Counted from the whole stretch's first letter, positions 10,542 to 22,035 are shown. The stretch: 61,998 nt of DNA, filler included, from 12 parts of 12 records of this genome joined end to end with filler, not necessarily neighbours in it, one strand, 5' to 3'. Notes: generated from the letters alone by a model not told the origin. A program made the numbers and translations.

Positions 10542-12188
10542 TTACTCCTCCCACGGCGCGATGGGCGGCGCATTCCACTCAAAGTCTCCTCGGAGCAGCT
10601 CAGGCTTGACATAATTCTCTATCGCCGACCTAGCCCGCTGCCGCTTGAGCAGCGTATGGTAATGCCCGGCCAGCGCCTCCATCTGGCCCATCTCGTCCGA
10701 CCAGGGCAGGTTAGTCTCGGCGGCCGGCAGCGCTTCCTCCATCTCGTGCCGCGAGCAAGCGAGCTGCTCCTTGACGGGAGACCCGTGCTCGTGGGCTGCG
10801 TCCGGAATCTCGCGGAACTTGCTCGCTGCTGGCGGCGTGCCGGTCTGCCGCTTAGTTTTGCGCACCAGCGCCGTGGCGTTAAACCCGAGCGCGGCGTGCT
10901 TTGCAGTCTGGGCTGGCTTGGCCTTCCGACAGAACGGCGCAGTGCGTGTGTGCTGGTAGCCTTCGGTTACAATTGGGTTGGGCGAGTTGCGGCAATCGGA
11001 GCTCATGTCGAACCGGTCCACCGAGAAGGAGAACTCGCCGAATCGCTGGTGCCGCACCTGCTGGTCGCGAGCGCGGAACGGCTCACCCATTGAGAAAACA
11101 AGATCTTCGCCAGAGCTGATCTCTTCCCACCTGTCAGTCATCTCCTCGCCGGTGGTGCGGAATATCCGCTTCGCAATCCAGGGCAGACCCAACTTCTTGG
11201 AAGCCAACCGCATCAGCACCTCTTGCGACGGCGCGACCGCCGTGAAGTGGTCATAGACGGCTCCAGCATCGTTTGGGAACAACGCCACGCAGCGGTTCTG
11301 CATCTCAGAAACCCAACGGACGGTGTGCCCGGATGACTTGACCGGCTTGGCCGCCGGCTTGTCTTTGGTGTTGGTATCGATCTTCCACCCGCCGGGGTAC
11401 TGGCGTGCCACTGCCATCCCTTGCTGCAGCTCCGCAGCAGACATCTGGTCCTCTGGGAGGGCCTGGAGCAGCCGGGCGGCCTCCTCCACGCTCATGGCCT
11501 TCCAGTTCGAATCGTCCGGCCCATCCACTAGCCCCGCGTGTACCATCGCGCTCAGCATGCCGGCTTTAGCGCTCTCCGGTGGCAGAGACCGGCGCACAAA
11601 CGGCTCACCAACGCTCACCACCAGATGCTGTCCGTTGCTCACGCTCTTGTGGTCGGTCACCTCCTGCCCGGACATATCGAAGCACCGCCTACCGCAACGG
11701 GAGAGCCCCAGCCGATTTGTGGCCAGCTCCAGCATGTGCGGTATTGTGTACAGCAGGATCTGCACGCTGCCGGTCCGCTGGCCGCCGCCGTCGTTCCTGT
11801 GCACGTGCACGATCGGTCGCTTCCCCTTACTCTTCTTGCTGAACGGCGATTTGACCGGAGTCCGCCGCTCCCCGCCCCTGCGCACCTGCGGGCTGCGCGA
11901 TTGGGTGGCCAGCGTGGTGAACTGGTTGGCTCGCTTTCGGACGTCCAGCCTGAACAGCTCGGGGAGCGCCTCCCAGTACGGTGACTCGTTCAGGGTCTCG
12001 ATCATCGCGGTGAACGTGATGCTCTCGTACCCCTCCAGCCCCGGCAGCTCGCCCAGCCCCTGGCACTCGTCAGGGTGCGCCTCTGCGCAGGCCGCCCGTA
12101 CAACCTCCAGCGCGGCCTCCGCCCCGATCCGGCCGGATCGATCGATGTCGGCCTCATCGAACAGCACCGCCAACTGCTGCAGCGCCGA
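10542..12188 (-). CDS. EF-hand plus two doublecortin-like (DCX) domains, 5' truncated
   Basis: EF loop FDEADIDRSGRIG. Two repeats of L..A..KLGL....RR.F...G.E......I..G..LV.S.GEPF. Confidence 0.75.
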   Translation of the reverse strand, partial: SALQQLAVLFDEADIDRSGRIGAEAALEVVRAACAEAHPDECQGLGELPGLEGYESITFTAMIETLNESPYWEALPELFRLDVRKRANQFTTLATQSRSPQVRRGGERRTPVKSPFSKKSKGKRPIVHVHRNDGGGQRTGSVQILLYTIPHMLELATNRLGLSRCGRRCFDMSGQEVTDHKSVSNGQHLVVSVGEPFVRRSLPPESAKAGMLSAMVHAGLVDGPDDSNWKAMSVEEAARLLQALPEDQMSAAELQQGMAVARQYPGGWKIDTNTKDKPAAKPVKSSGHTVRWVSEMQNRCVALFPNDAGAVYDHFTAVAPSQEVLMRLASKKLGLPWIAKRIFRTTGEEMTDRWEEISSGEDLVFSMGEPFRARDQQVRHQRFGEFSFSVDRFDMSSDCRNSPNPIVTEGYQHTRTAPFCRKAKPAQTAKHAALGFNATALVRKTKRQTGTPPAASKFREIPDAAHEHGSPVKEQLACSRHEMEEALPAAETNLPWSDEMGQMEALAGHYHTLLKRQRARSAIENYVKPELLRGDFEWNAPPIAPWEE

Positions 12189-12288
12189 NNNNNNNNNNNN
12201 NNNNNNNNNNNNNNNNNNNNNNNNNNNNNNNNTTAATTAATTAANNNNNNNNNNNNNNNNNNNNNNNNNNNNNNNNNNNNNNNNNNNN
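12189..12288. other. Artificial contig linker
   Basis: 44 N + TTAATTAATTAA + 44 N. Confidence 0.99.
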
Positions 12289-12445
12289 TTGCTGTTCCAG
12301 CTCTGACTCAGTACCTATCTATAGACCATCAGTATCTACATACTCCAATACTATACGGGTCTTGTTTTACGACATGATAAGGCTTTAGCTCAATTATACC
12401 GGCCGTGTACATGTACAGGTACGGGCGACACACCGGCGCGGGAGG

Positions 12446-14260
12446 ATGGCTGACTCCGCGTTTGCACCGAGTGGTGGGCGACCGGGCCGCTGGGCTGAGG
12501 ATGACCCGCGCGACAGATCTGTTTCCGTTTGTGCACGATTTCCTGTCGGCCAACAGCTGCCCCAAGACCGCCAAATCCCTGGTGAAGGAGGCCAACCTGG
12601 TGCGCTGCTCGGCCGGGTCGGCTGATCTGACGGATGTTGGGGCGCAGAGCGCAGCAGAGGTGGCGCTACCCAAGGGCGCCAAGCCGCTGGTGGAGGTGTA
12701 CAGGCTCTACCTGAAGAATAGCCAGCAGCCGGGGTCAGTGCAGCCCGGGCCGGCCGCGGCTGATCCGGAAGACAGCTCGATGGGAAAGGAGGATGACGAC
12801 GACAGTGACGATGACAGTGACGACGATGACGACGACGACGACAGTGACGACGGCACCGAGGACGAGCCTGCGAAGCCGGTGAAAGCAGCCGCTGCGAAAA
12901 AGAAGCAGGACGACAGTGATGACGACGATGATAGTGACGACGACGACGAGGACAGCGAGGATGACAGCGAGGACAAGCCTGCGAAGCCGGCGAAAAAGGC
13001 TGCTGCGAAAAAGGGCGATGACTCCGACGATGACGATGACTCCGACGATGACGAGGACAGCGAGGATGACAGCGAGAACGAGCCTGCGAAGCCGGCCAAA
13101 AAGGCTGCTAAAGAAGATGACTCCGACTCGGACGATGACGATGACGATGATAGTGACAGTGATGACTCCGACGGTGACAGCGATAAGGACGACGATAAAC
13201 CCTCTGCACCCGTCCCAGCTCTGGTAACGAGCCGGGATGTTTCAGATGATGAGGATGACAGTGACGGCGGCGGCGACGATAGTACCAGCGACGACAGTGA
13301 TGACGACGACGACGATAGTAGTAGCGAGGACCAGCCTGCACAGCCAGTGCCAGCGGGTGCCAAGAAGCAGCAGGATGACGAGGATGACAGTGACGATGAT
13401 GGTGATGACAGCGAGGAAGAGCCTGCAAAGCCGGCAACAAAGGCTGTCGTGAAAAAGAAGCCGGACGACAGTGACGACGATGACGACGATGACGATGACG
13501 ATGATGACGACGACGATGACGACGACGATGATGACGATGACGACGATGATGATGACTCGGATGACGACGACGAAGATGAAGCGCCAGCAAAAAAAGGAGC
13601 CAAAAGGAAGAAGCCAGATTCCGACTCGGACGACGACTCGGACGACGACGACGATGATGACGATGATGACGATGATAGCAGTGAGGATGACGATGAAACC
13701 GAGGATGAGAAGCCTGCAAAGAAGAAAGCAAAGAATGACGAAAGTGAGGATGATGATGATGACAGTGAGGACGATGATGAGGATGCAGACAAGGGCGAAG
13801 ATGAGGACGAGGACGAGGACGAGGATGAGGAGGTTAGCATCAAAGACTCTGCCAGGAAGCCGAAGGCAAAGGTGCAAGGGGAGCGTTTTCAACGGGTGAA
13901 GGCGGAGAACGCATCTTATGAAAATGAGTTCCTCAAAGATAATACTTATTCAGGTATGCGATGACGCTGGTAGTAATTGAATCGAGTGTGCAATTTTAGG
14001 GACATTTGGCGACGGAGGCTGGGGTGCCAAAGCGAGCCAAGTTTTACTGCAGGTGCTGTCGCTGAGTTGCTTGGTCTAAAACTTGTGCTACCCAGACTAA
14101 AGGGAAGGGGTTCCGACATGAAAAGACCAAGAAAAAGAGGGGCACATACAAAGGTGGGAAGATAGATGACTATCAGGTGAATTCACGTTTCGACCATGCT
14201 TGAGCTTTTTGATAGGTGAATTCATATAAGTTCCAGTATAGCGACGACGACGACGAGTGA
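12446..14260 (+). CDS. SRP40/Nopp140 (NOLC1)-like nucleolar phosphoprotein, multi-exon
   Basis: N-terminal LisH-like DLFPFVHDFLSANSCPKTAKSL. Alternating acidic Ser/Asp and Lys/Ala/Pro tracts. Spliced SRP40_C: FQRVK..LKDNTY..WGAKASQVLLQTKGKGFRHEKTKKKRGTYKGGKID..VNSYKF. Confidence 0.88.
12791..13832 (+). repeat. Coding GAC/GAT-rich low-complexity repeats (poly-Asp/Ser alternating with KPAKPAKK)
   Basis: Directly visible; encodes the acidic/basic repeat region of the SRP40-like protein. Confidence 0.9.
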
Positions 14261-14460
14261 CGGGCTTAAAGTATGATAGGCTGCAACGGTCTAAATATTG
14301 GACTCGATACAGTCATAATTATCATAGCAGATTGGTGATATCACTTAAATTAATGGTAACAAGTATTACAAATCGAGGTTTTGGAACGACAATTCAAAAG
14401 AATGACAATCTGAAAGATTAAGAATAGTGGCATGAGAGAGAGCCACGAGCCTTGCCGTGG

Positions 14461-15334
14461 TCAGTTTATTAGTGCCGACACACTTCGCGGCGTCTTGAAT
14501 TGTAAAATGTCTGCAACTCGCAAGGAGCATGCAAATTTTCTATTAAGGGCGTTTGTCAGACGTGCAGCATGGACATCGTTGCCACCACATTGAAAGAAGT
14601 CTGCATCTGGATGGCATTTTGACGGCATAGGTACAATGTCCTTGAAAACTGCAAGAACTGCGAGTTCGTGCTCAGTCGCGTCAAAGACCTGAGTGTCGTT
14701 GCCCTGCCCCTCCACTTCAAATGTCGAAGGAACGTCCACAGGCTTTCGTATTCGATCCAAGCCATACTTTACGATCTGGTCAGTGTTTGGGGGTGCACCA
14801 GCGGGCTTCCTTGCTGTTGGGCTGTTGACAGCAGCGTGGAAAATTTGACCTTGTCGCCCAGGAAACTGGTTATTGCCGGACACGAGTCCAGGGCTTTAAA
14901 CGTCTCCAGAAATCCGATGACTGCACAGCGCTCGGAGGTTGCATTCACAGCCGCCTGCGAGCGAACATAGTCTACGGCTCGAGCTAGTGAAGACCTGTCC
15001 TGCCCTCCACGGAGCAAATCGGCCATCGCGTGTGTTGTAAGTGCGACAATATCTCCAGAGCAGTGTGCGCCTTCGATTCGCAGCTGGAAACTAGAGCTGT
15101 TGATCCGGCGCAGTGCTTTATCCCCTGGATCTCTCACAAAAGGTTCGACTGCGACCGTCTTGCAGATGGGAAGCTTGACACATCACTACACCTTCTTAGC
15201 GGCTTGCAACGACACTTGCAGCATCGAGCGTACGATGTTGCGAAGTTATGGCAAGACATTCTCAATGCCACCGCTGTTGCATTTGGCGCAGTTCCCAACC
15301 TCCCTAACTCAGAGTATCTGCTTTCAAACATTGT
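14461..15334 (-). CDS. 3' part of a protein ending in an acyl/peptidyl carrier-like domain
   Basis: TEHELAVLAVFKDIV..DADFFQCGGNDVHAARL..LRVADILQFKTPRSVSALI matches a PP-binding pattern, but with Asp at the attachment Ser. Upstream exons unresolved. Confidence 0.6.
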
Positions 15335-15434
15335 NNNNNNNNNNNNNNNNNNNNNNNNNNNNNNNNNNNNNNNNNNNNTTAATTAATTAANNNNNNNNNN
15401 NNNNNNNNNNNNNNNNNNNNNNNNNNNNNNNNNN
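15335..15434. other. Artificial contig linker
   Basis: 44 N + TTAATTAATTAA + 44 N. Confidence 0.99.
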
Positions 15435-15619
15435 TGATGAAAACCAGTTCCGTTGGAAGCAAGGTCGAGCGAGCCTTCCGATCGACACGGTGCCGCGCCC
15501 TGCTGTACCCGGCTGGCCTTGCTGGCTGCTGGTTGTCTGTGATTTGACTGCCGGGGCGCGCAGTGCCGCCCCCACCGCACTGGCCTGCCCGAAGCTTGCG
15601 CTGACTCTGGGCTGGGCAG

Positions 15620-18562
15620 ATGGCGAGCCGGTTCTGGGCCCAGTCGGACGACGAGTCCGGCGACGAGAGCGGATCAGACGCCGGCCTGGGCGAGGAGACA
15701 GTCAAGGGAGCTGGATTTGGCGGCTACGGCTACGAGTCCTCCTCCTCCGAGGATGACCAGAAGCGCGTGGTGCGGAGCAAGAAGGACAAGGCGACCGAGG
15801 CCACCACGGCCGTGATCACAAAGCTGCGGAACCACGTCAAGATCGACGACTGGAAGTCTGTGATTTCGGACTTCGCCGAGCTGCAGACGCTCTGCTCCAA
15901 GAACAAGGCCGAGGGCGGCACCGCGGTGCTGATTAAGAACATTGTGAAGCTGGAGGAGGACATCGACGGCGAGGGCGGGGCCTGGGCCAACAAGAAGAAG
16001 CTCCACAAGGACAACCAGCGGGCGCTGACCCGGGTGCGTCAGGACATCCGGAAGATGATCTCCGGCGAGTACAAGGCGGAGGTCGAGGCCCACAAGACCA
16101 ACCCAGAGGCGGACGAGGAGAGCGACTTTGCTGCTTCAGACGATGACGATTCATCCGATGACGATTCGTCCGACGAGGACAGCGACGAGTCTGACGATGA
16201 CAGCGACGACGACGATAAGCCGCCCAAGCCGGTGGTGTCCAAGGCTGAGAGCAAGGACGAGCCTGAGTCTGATGACTCTTACGACTGGGACAGCGACGAC
16301 TCGTCGTCAGAGGAGTCCGAGGAGGAGACGGCGGGCTACGTGCCGTCGAGGGACCGGTGGCTGAAGCGGACAGACGACGCTGGGGATGATAACAAGGAGA
16401 AGAGAGTGCGGACTGTGGGCGCGAAGAAGGAGATCGACGGACAGACAACAGAAGAGAAGAAGATAGCCGAGAAGAAGGAGGTGGAGTGGACCGTTGACAT
16501 GATCAACAAGAAGCTGAAGGAGATCGCAGCCAGCCGCGGGAAGCGCGGGACCGATCGGCAGGCGCAGGTGGTGATGCTGGAGGAGGTGCTCACCAAGGTG
16601 AAGACGGCGTCCAAGAAGATTGAAATCATGGTACAGCTCATCTCATGCCTGTTTGATTCCAACCCGAACATGCTCTCGTTCTTGAACGTGGAGGTCTGGA
16701 AGAAGACCGCCGCCCACATCATCGACCTGCTCGCTCTGCTCAAGGAGAACCCAGACGTCGTGCTCTATGAAGGCCCGGACATTGAGACCGAGGAGATCGA
16801 GGCACAAGGCGAGAACGAGGACGGCGAGATCATGCCGGTGACCGCCAATCTGCTCGGCTTCCTCGAGCGGCTGGACGACGAGCTGAACAAGAGCTACCAG
16901 AGCCTGGACCCGTCTTTGAACGAATATCTGTTCCGACTGAAGGACGAGTCCACGATCCTCGAGGTGGCCGAGGGCGTGCAGGCCTACTACACAGAGAAGG
17001 AGAACTGGAAATCCGTCGCTGCCTCGGCCCGCCGGCGGGTGGAGCACCTGTATTGGCGCACAATGGCCATGATGAAGAAGGGGGACGTGTCTGACGAAAG
17101 CACGGAGGCTTTCAAGTTCTGCAAGGAGTTTAACGATACGTGCGTGCTAGTGTACAAGGTGGGCGACGAGCGGACCAAGACTCGGGTGATGCTCTGCCAG
17201 ATCTTCCACTTTGCACAGCGGGGGAAATTCTACCAAGCTCGCGACATGCTGCTCATGAGCCACCTGCAGGATGCGATCCATTTGAGCGACATCGGCACAC
17301 AGATCCTGTTCAACCGGACCATGGTGCAGCTCGGACTGGCCGCCTTCGGGCACGGGCTGATCCAGGACGCGCACTGCTGCCTGTCGGAGGTGCTGGCGGG
17401 CTCCAGGGGCAAAGAGCTGCTGGCGCAGGGCCTGAGCAGCAGCAGGTGCACACGCCCCTCCCTGCCTAGCCTAGTGTGTCCCGGCACTGTAAAAGCACCT
17501 GTGCACCATTGTCTGTGGTGATACGGGCCGTCAAGATGTGCCAGACTCTTGTCCTGGCTGTCACCGAAAGGTGAGAGCCGGCCGCACCCGAGCCAACCGA
17601 AGCACAGTCCTCACCCTGTCTTTCTCAGTCTTGTGGTGCACACAACACCCTTACCCGTGGCTGTCTCGACCGCCGCCTGCGCTGTGCTGACCCTATTGGC
17701 TGTCAGGTTTGTGGAGCGGAATCAGGAGCAGGAACGCGAGGAACGACGGAGGCAGATGCCTTTCCACATGCACATCAACCTGGAGCTGCTCGAGTTTTGC
17801 CACCTGACCTGCGCCATGCTGCTCGAGGTGCCCAACATGGCCGAGCAGTCCAACGCACAGGACCTCAACCGGCGGCGGGTGATCTCCAAGCCGTTCCGCA
17901 GGACGCTCGAGCATCTGGAGAGGCAAGCGTTCGCAGGGCCGCCCGAGAACACGAGGGACATGGTCATGCACGCCTCAAAGGCACTGATGCGGGGCGACTG
18001 GAGCAAGTGTGCCAAGATCATCTTCGAGCGCAAGTGCTGGTCAATGCTGCCCGACCACGAGAATGTCAAGCTGATAATCAAGGCCAAGATCCAGGAGGAG
18101 GGCCTGCGGACTTATCTTTTCACTTATGCCAAGAACTACGACTCGCTCAGCCTGGAGCAGCTGGCTGAGATGTTCGGACTGGAGAAGCGGGTGGTGCACA
18201 GCACCGTGTCCAAGATGATGATTAACGAGGAGCTGAAGGCGTGCTGGGACCAGCCGACCAACGCGATCGTGATGCACCAAGCTGAGCCTTCTCGGCTGCA
18301 GACCTTGGCATTGCAGTTTGCGGAGAAGGCGGCCACGTTTGTTGAGAACAACGAGAAGCTGCTGGACGTGCGGACTGGGGGATACGGGTTTAAGTATGAC
18401 AAGAGCAAAGACAGCAAGTATGACAAGTGGGAGAACCGTGACTGGGACAATAACCGGCACAACAACTACAACCGCCAGGGTGGCAACAACCGGGGGTACA
18501 ATAAGAACTATAACAACAACCGTCATGGTGGGGGCTATCGAGGAAACGATCGGCGATGGTAG
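15620..18562 (+). CDS. EIF3C: Translation initiation factor eIF3 subunit C; intron 17446-17706
   Basis: MASRFWA start, KRVVRSKKDK, RGKRGTDR, ARDMLLMSHLQ, QILFNRTMVQLGL, QMPFHMHINLELLE, GPPENTRD and a PCI domain. Confidence 0.97.
17490..17647 (+). ncRNA. Candidate structured intronic RNA (possibly H/ACA-like)
   Basis: Closing stem GTGCACCAT(17501)/GTGGTGCAC(17633) followed by ACA, upstream AAAGCA (ANANNA), internal GAAA-tetraloop hairpin. Confidence 0.35.
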
Positions 18563-18815
18563 ATATTTAGGAGCCTGGTTATGATATGCATGCTAGCACG
18601 ATCAAACATTGATCAAAAGGCTCGCTGATTGCTGCCGTAATCATAGTTCGAATGAAACAAAGTAAAATTGTTTATTGCAACTAGCAAGGTTCCTAAAGGT
18701 ACCGACGAAGGCCAAAGGAAAACAACTGTTACTCTTGTGCATACATGTAAGCAATAGTACTAGTGCATGCATATGTACATGTGCTTCACAATCATGTACA
18801 AGACTTAGTACTTAA

Positions 18816-19364
18816 TCAGATGACTGGAAATGCCGCTGGGTCGGGTTCGTCTTGGTTAGGTGCTGTGCTTGGCTGTTGGCTCGAAGCTATCGGGTTAGCT
18901 TCGACCACAGCGGTTGTAACCATTGTAGCCGCCGTCTCCGGCAGCTGGTAAGGAATGTCTGGTGAATTGCGGTAGTGTCCAGCCCGGCCACACCAGTTGC
19001 CACAGATACAGCAGGTACAGAACAACGCCGAGAAAATAATTGCGATGATGATCAATGTAGTACCAAAGGACTTGAAGAGCAGCAGTCCAGCGCAGAAGAG
19101 AATGAAGAGTGGGATTCCAACAAAGCAGCAGTATTTCTTGCCGGCTTTTTCGAACACTGTAGCCATGTAGGCGCTGCGTGGCTGGCCGGTGTCTGCTTCC
19201 TTGCCGTCCACCATCAGCCACACAGGCCGAGCCCGCTGTGTATTCGGGATTTCGTTGTAGTCAATCAGCTCAAATAGCTTGCCAGAGTGCTTGAAATACT
19301 GCTTAGTCTCGCGACAGCAGAAACACTGGTCACACCCGCAGCAGCTGGCGCATCCGCAGCACCC
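18816..19364 (-). CDS. 3' part of a Cys-rich membrane protein
   Basis: Two hydrophobic segments, a CTCCICGNWC juxtamembrane cluster and Cys-rich upstream sequence; truncated by the gap. Confidence 0.55.
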   Translation of the reverse strand, partial: GCCGCASCCGCDQCFCCRETKQYFKHSGKLFELIDYNEIPNTQRARPVWLMVDGKEADTGQPRSAYMATVFEKAGKKYCCFVGIPLFILFCAGLLLFKSFGTTLIIIAIIFSALFCTCCICGNWCGRAGHYRNSPDIPYQLPETAATMVTTAVVEANPIASSQQPSTAPNQDEPDPAAFPVI

Positions 19365-19464
19365 NNNNNNNNNNNNNNNNNNNNNNNNNNNNNNNNNNNN
19401 NNNNNNNNTTAATTAATTAANNNNNNNNNNNNNNNNNNNNNNNNNNNNNNNNNNNNNNNNNNNN
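19365..19464. other. Artificial contig linker
   Basis: 44 N + TTAATTAATTAA + 44 N. Confidence 0.99.
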
Positions 19465-19480
19465 GCGGCCAGGGCTCCAG

Positions 19481-20323
19481 TTGCTGGGGCTGGCCGTGCT
19501 GGGCCTGCTCGCCCTACTCCGGATCGGGCTGTCCGGCCTGGCTCCTATCCCCAGGGTTGTGGGGGACCCAAAAGGCCGGAGACCAGAAACGCCGTCGCCA
19601 GCGCCCTCTGCCCGGCCGCTGAGCTACCAGGCGATGTACGGCGCACAGACCAGGCCTCCCGAGTCGGCGTTCTACTCACCGGGGGCCGATCCGGGCCCGT
19701 TTTTCCGTTGCCACACCAGCCAGGGGCCTGTGACCATTGAAGTCAAACCGGACTGGGCGCCGGTCGGGGCCCGGCGGCTGGTAGCGCTGGTGGAAAGTGA
19801 GTTCTTCACAGACATTGCCTTCTTCCGAGTCAATCAGTGGATCACCCAGTTCGGTGCCGACTGGAAACAGAGGCCGGGCCGGTTTGCGGCGATTCGGGAT
19901 CAACAGATTCGTGACGACCCCAATCCGTTTGCGGGCACCCCGTGGCACCGGGGAGTCGTGGCCTTCTGCAACGGCGCAGCGCACACCCGCACCTCCCAAC
20001 TACTAGTTGTACTCAAGCCAAACTATTGGGCCGATACCGGGATGGGCGCAGAGCCGAATGCTGCGCCAGTGGGTCGGGTCGTTGCTGGCATGGAGGCTCT
20101 TGATAGGCTGTATGCCGGGTATGGAGATCCGGTGGGGTTCTGCCAGCCCAAAGAATGCAACGGGCCGCACTGGGATCGAAAACGGTGCAAAGAGGCTTGG
20201 TGCAATGCACCTGACCAAGGTCGTATCATGCAGGAGGAGAACTCATGGCTGCTTAAAGAGTATCCAGAGCTCGATTATATCAATAATTGCTCGATGATAG
20301 ATGACAAAGACTTCATGAGCTGA
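19481..20323 (+). CDS. Cyclophilin-type peptidyl-prolyl isomerase-like protein with N-terminal anchor (5' truncated)
   Basis: TSQGPVTIEV..WAPVGARR, FFRV..QFG, RGVVAF, RTSQL, PVGRVVAGM, PDQGRI..YPELDYI. Confidence 0.82.
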   Translation: MLGLAVLGLLALLRIGLSGLAPIPRVVGDPKGRRPETPSPAPSARPLSYQAMYGAQTRPPESAFYSPGADPGPFFRCHTSQGPVTIEVKPDWAPVGARRLVALVESEFFTDIAFFRVNQWITQFGADWKQRPGRFAAIRDQQIRDDPNPFAGTPWHRGVVAFCNGAAHTRTSQLLVVLKPNYWADTGMGAEPNAAPVGRVVAGMEALDRLYAGYGDPVGFCQPKECNGPHWDRKRCKEAWCNAPDQGRIMQEENSWLLKEYPELDYINNCSMIDDKDFMS

Positions 20324-20538
20324 TTAAATATGCAGGCTCTATTGAATCGCATAAAGATAACTCTCAAGTCGCGATCGATGCGCATTCTTGAGACTGAATG
20401 TCAAGCAAAGCTTGCTCCGGGGTGGTGCCAAGTACATGTAATTAGTAGTTGCGGGGGGGAAACTTGCCCCGACTGTTTTCAAAACTTGCTCCGACTAAAC
20501 TTACGATAACTTTAGACGTCGATTGTGACTTTGCTCGT

Positions 20539-22035
20539 TCAAGCATTGAGCTTGGCATCGATGAACTCGAACATCGGACCGAGCGCCACCTGGGGAATCA
20601 AGTTGTGCGCGGCCGCCCCGCTCGAGACGCACTCGAAATCCATGTCATCGCTGCACGAATACATGTTGGGGATCCATTCGATCGGCTCTCCAGCCTCGCC
20701 ACCCAGATACCAGCCCTTGGCCACTCGCTTCATGTAGGGCTTAAGTGTCTCGTAATCCCAACGTGGGTCCCGCTGCAACTCGTAGCAGTCGCTAAACACC
20801 ACGCACCGCACGCGGGCCCGGGCTGCGGCGTCCTGGTGCAGGATGCTCAGCAGGCACGATCCGCCTGCTGAGTGTCCCATCACAGCGATCCTGGTGGCGG
20901 CACTCGGGGCCACCACGCTGTCCCATACCGCCCGGCAGTGCCCCCAGCTCCGGCCCTGCTTGTAGTGCACCTCCATGTGGTAATCCTCGTCCCGCTCCTC
21001 GAATAGGAGCTGCTCCCTCCCAAGCCCAGCCCAGCCCAGCTGAGTGTGAGGACAGCCCTCCTCTCCACCGTCCACAAAAGGCTCCATCCCAGCGTTGGGG
21101 TCCATCAGCACAACAGACATCCCAGCCGCCCGGGCCCGGCGCACCTGCGGGATCATGGTGCCGCACTCGCCTCCCAGCAGCGCCAGCCTCTTCCCGAACG
21201 AGCCCGAGCGCCCGAGCCCGAGCCCGCACACAATCACGAGCATCTTATCGTTGCTCTCCCAATCCGATGAGGCCAGCACCACTCCGGGCAGCGGGTCTCC
21301 GGGCACCGGCACGCGGGCCAGTCCGAACCGTTGCTCTAAGAGCTCCCACAGCCCTCGGAGCAGCGCTTCGCGTGCCACCCTTTCGTGGGCTAGGTTCCAG
21401 AAGACAAACCCGTCTCGGGGCAGCCCGGCAGCGATGGGCGAGACCTGGCAGGAGTCCGGGTCCATCTTGTACCCCAGATCGTGCAGGCTCAGCTTGGCCA
21501 GCTCGCAGTTTGGGCCCGGCAGCGTCGAGAGGAGTCCGGAGGCCTGGGCCGGCCCGCACAACTCCAGGTAAAGCGGCCCAGTCACCCGGACCGGTGGCCG
21601 ATTCGGGTCGCGCACGGTGCAGCCCACTTCGTACCGGCGTAACGTGCCCTCATTCACTCCGCCGGCCACGAGTACCGGCTGGTGCAAGCTAGCCCTGAGC
21701 AGTCGCCGCCACTCGTCGGCCGGCCGGTATTCTGTCACGGTCCCAGCCGCCGAGCGGAGAGCGATCCAGCCGTCTGCCCGCCGAACCGCCTCCACCGCGC
21801 CTGCTGGACCGCTCAGCTCGTCGGCGGTCAGCTCGATCGGCTCATGCGGAGGCTCCGGAGCGATCAGCTGGTGCTCGCGCTCGAATGCGGCGAGGGTGCG
21901 GCCGTGGAACTGCTGCATCAACTGGCGCTCCTGCAGGATCCTCTGCTCCCGCGATTGGGCCGGATGGTGAGGGGGCTGGTGCCCCAGCCCGCCCGGATGC
22001 TTCAAAATGTCTCGGTTGTGAGGGTGGACCGGCAT
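20539..22035 (-). CDS. FAM172A/Arb2-domain alpha/beta-hydrolase-fold protein
   Basis: KMLVIVCGLG..RSGSFGKR..GTMIPQVRRA..VVLMDPN, HCRAVWD..IAVMGHSAGG, VFSDC, SSGAAAHNL. Confidence 0.75.
   Translation of the reverse strand: MPVHPHNRDILKHPGGLGHQPPHHPAQSREQRILQERQLMQQFHGRTLAAFEREHQLIAPEPPHEPIELTADELSGPAGAVEAVRRADGWIALRSAAGTVTEYRPADEWRRLLRASLHQPVLVAGGVNEGTLRRYEVGCTVRDPNRPPVRVTGPLYLELCGPAQASGLLSTLPGPNCELAKLSLHDLGYKMDPDSCQVSPIAAGLPRDGFVFWNLAHERVAREALLRGLWELLEQRFGLARVPVPGDPLPGVVLASSDWESNDKMLVIVCGLGLGRSGSFGKRLALLGGECGTMIPQVRRARAAGMSVVLMDPNAGMEPFVDGGEEGCPHTQLGWAGLGREQLLFEERDEDYHMEVHYKQGRSWGHCRAVWDSVVAPSAATRIAVMGHSAGGSCLLSILHQDAAARARVRCVVFSDCYELQRDPRWDYETLKPYMKRVAKGWYLGGEAGEPIEWIPNMYSCSDDMDFECVSSGAAAHNLIPQVALGPMFEFIDAKLNA

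Noticed and set aside
12707-13899. Long poly-Ser, His/Arg, Ile/Val and Met/Thr ORFs
   Set aside because: Antisense and alternate-frame shadows of the GAC/GAT repeats of the SRP40-like gene.
17521-17600. SRP RNA helix 8, hammerhead ribozyme or TPP riboswitch in the eIF3c intron
   Set aside because: The diagnostic motifs (CAGG..AGCAG; CUGAUGA core; CUGAGA..ACCUGA) were not found. Kept only as an unclassified structured RNA.
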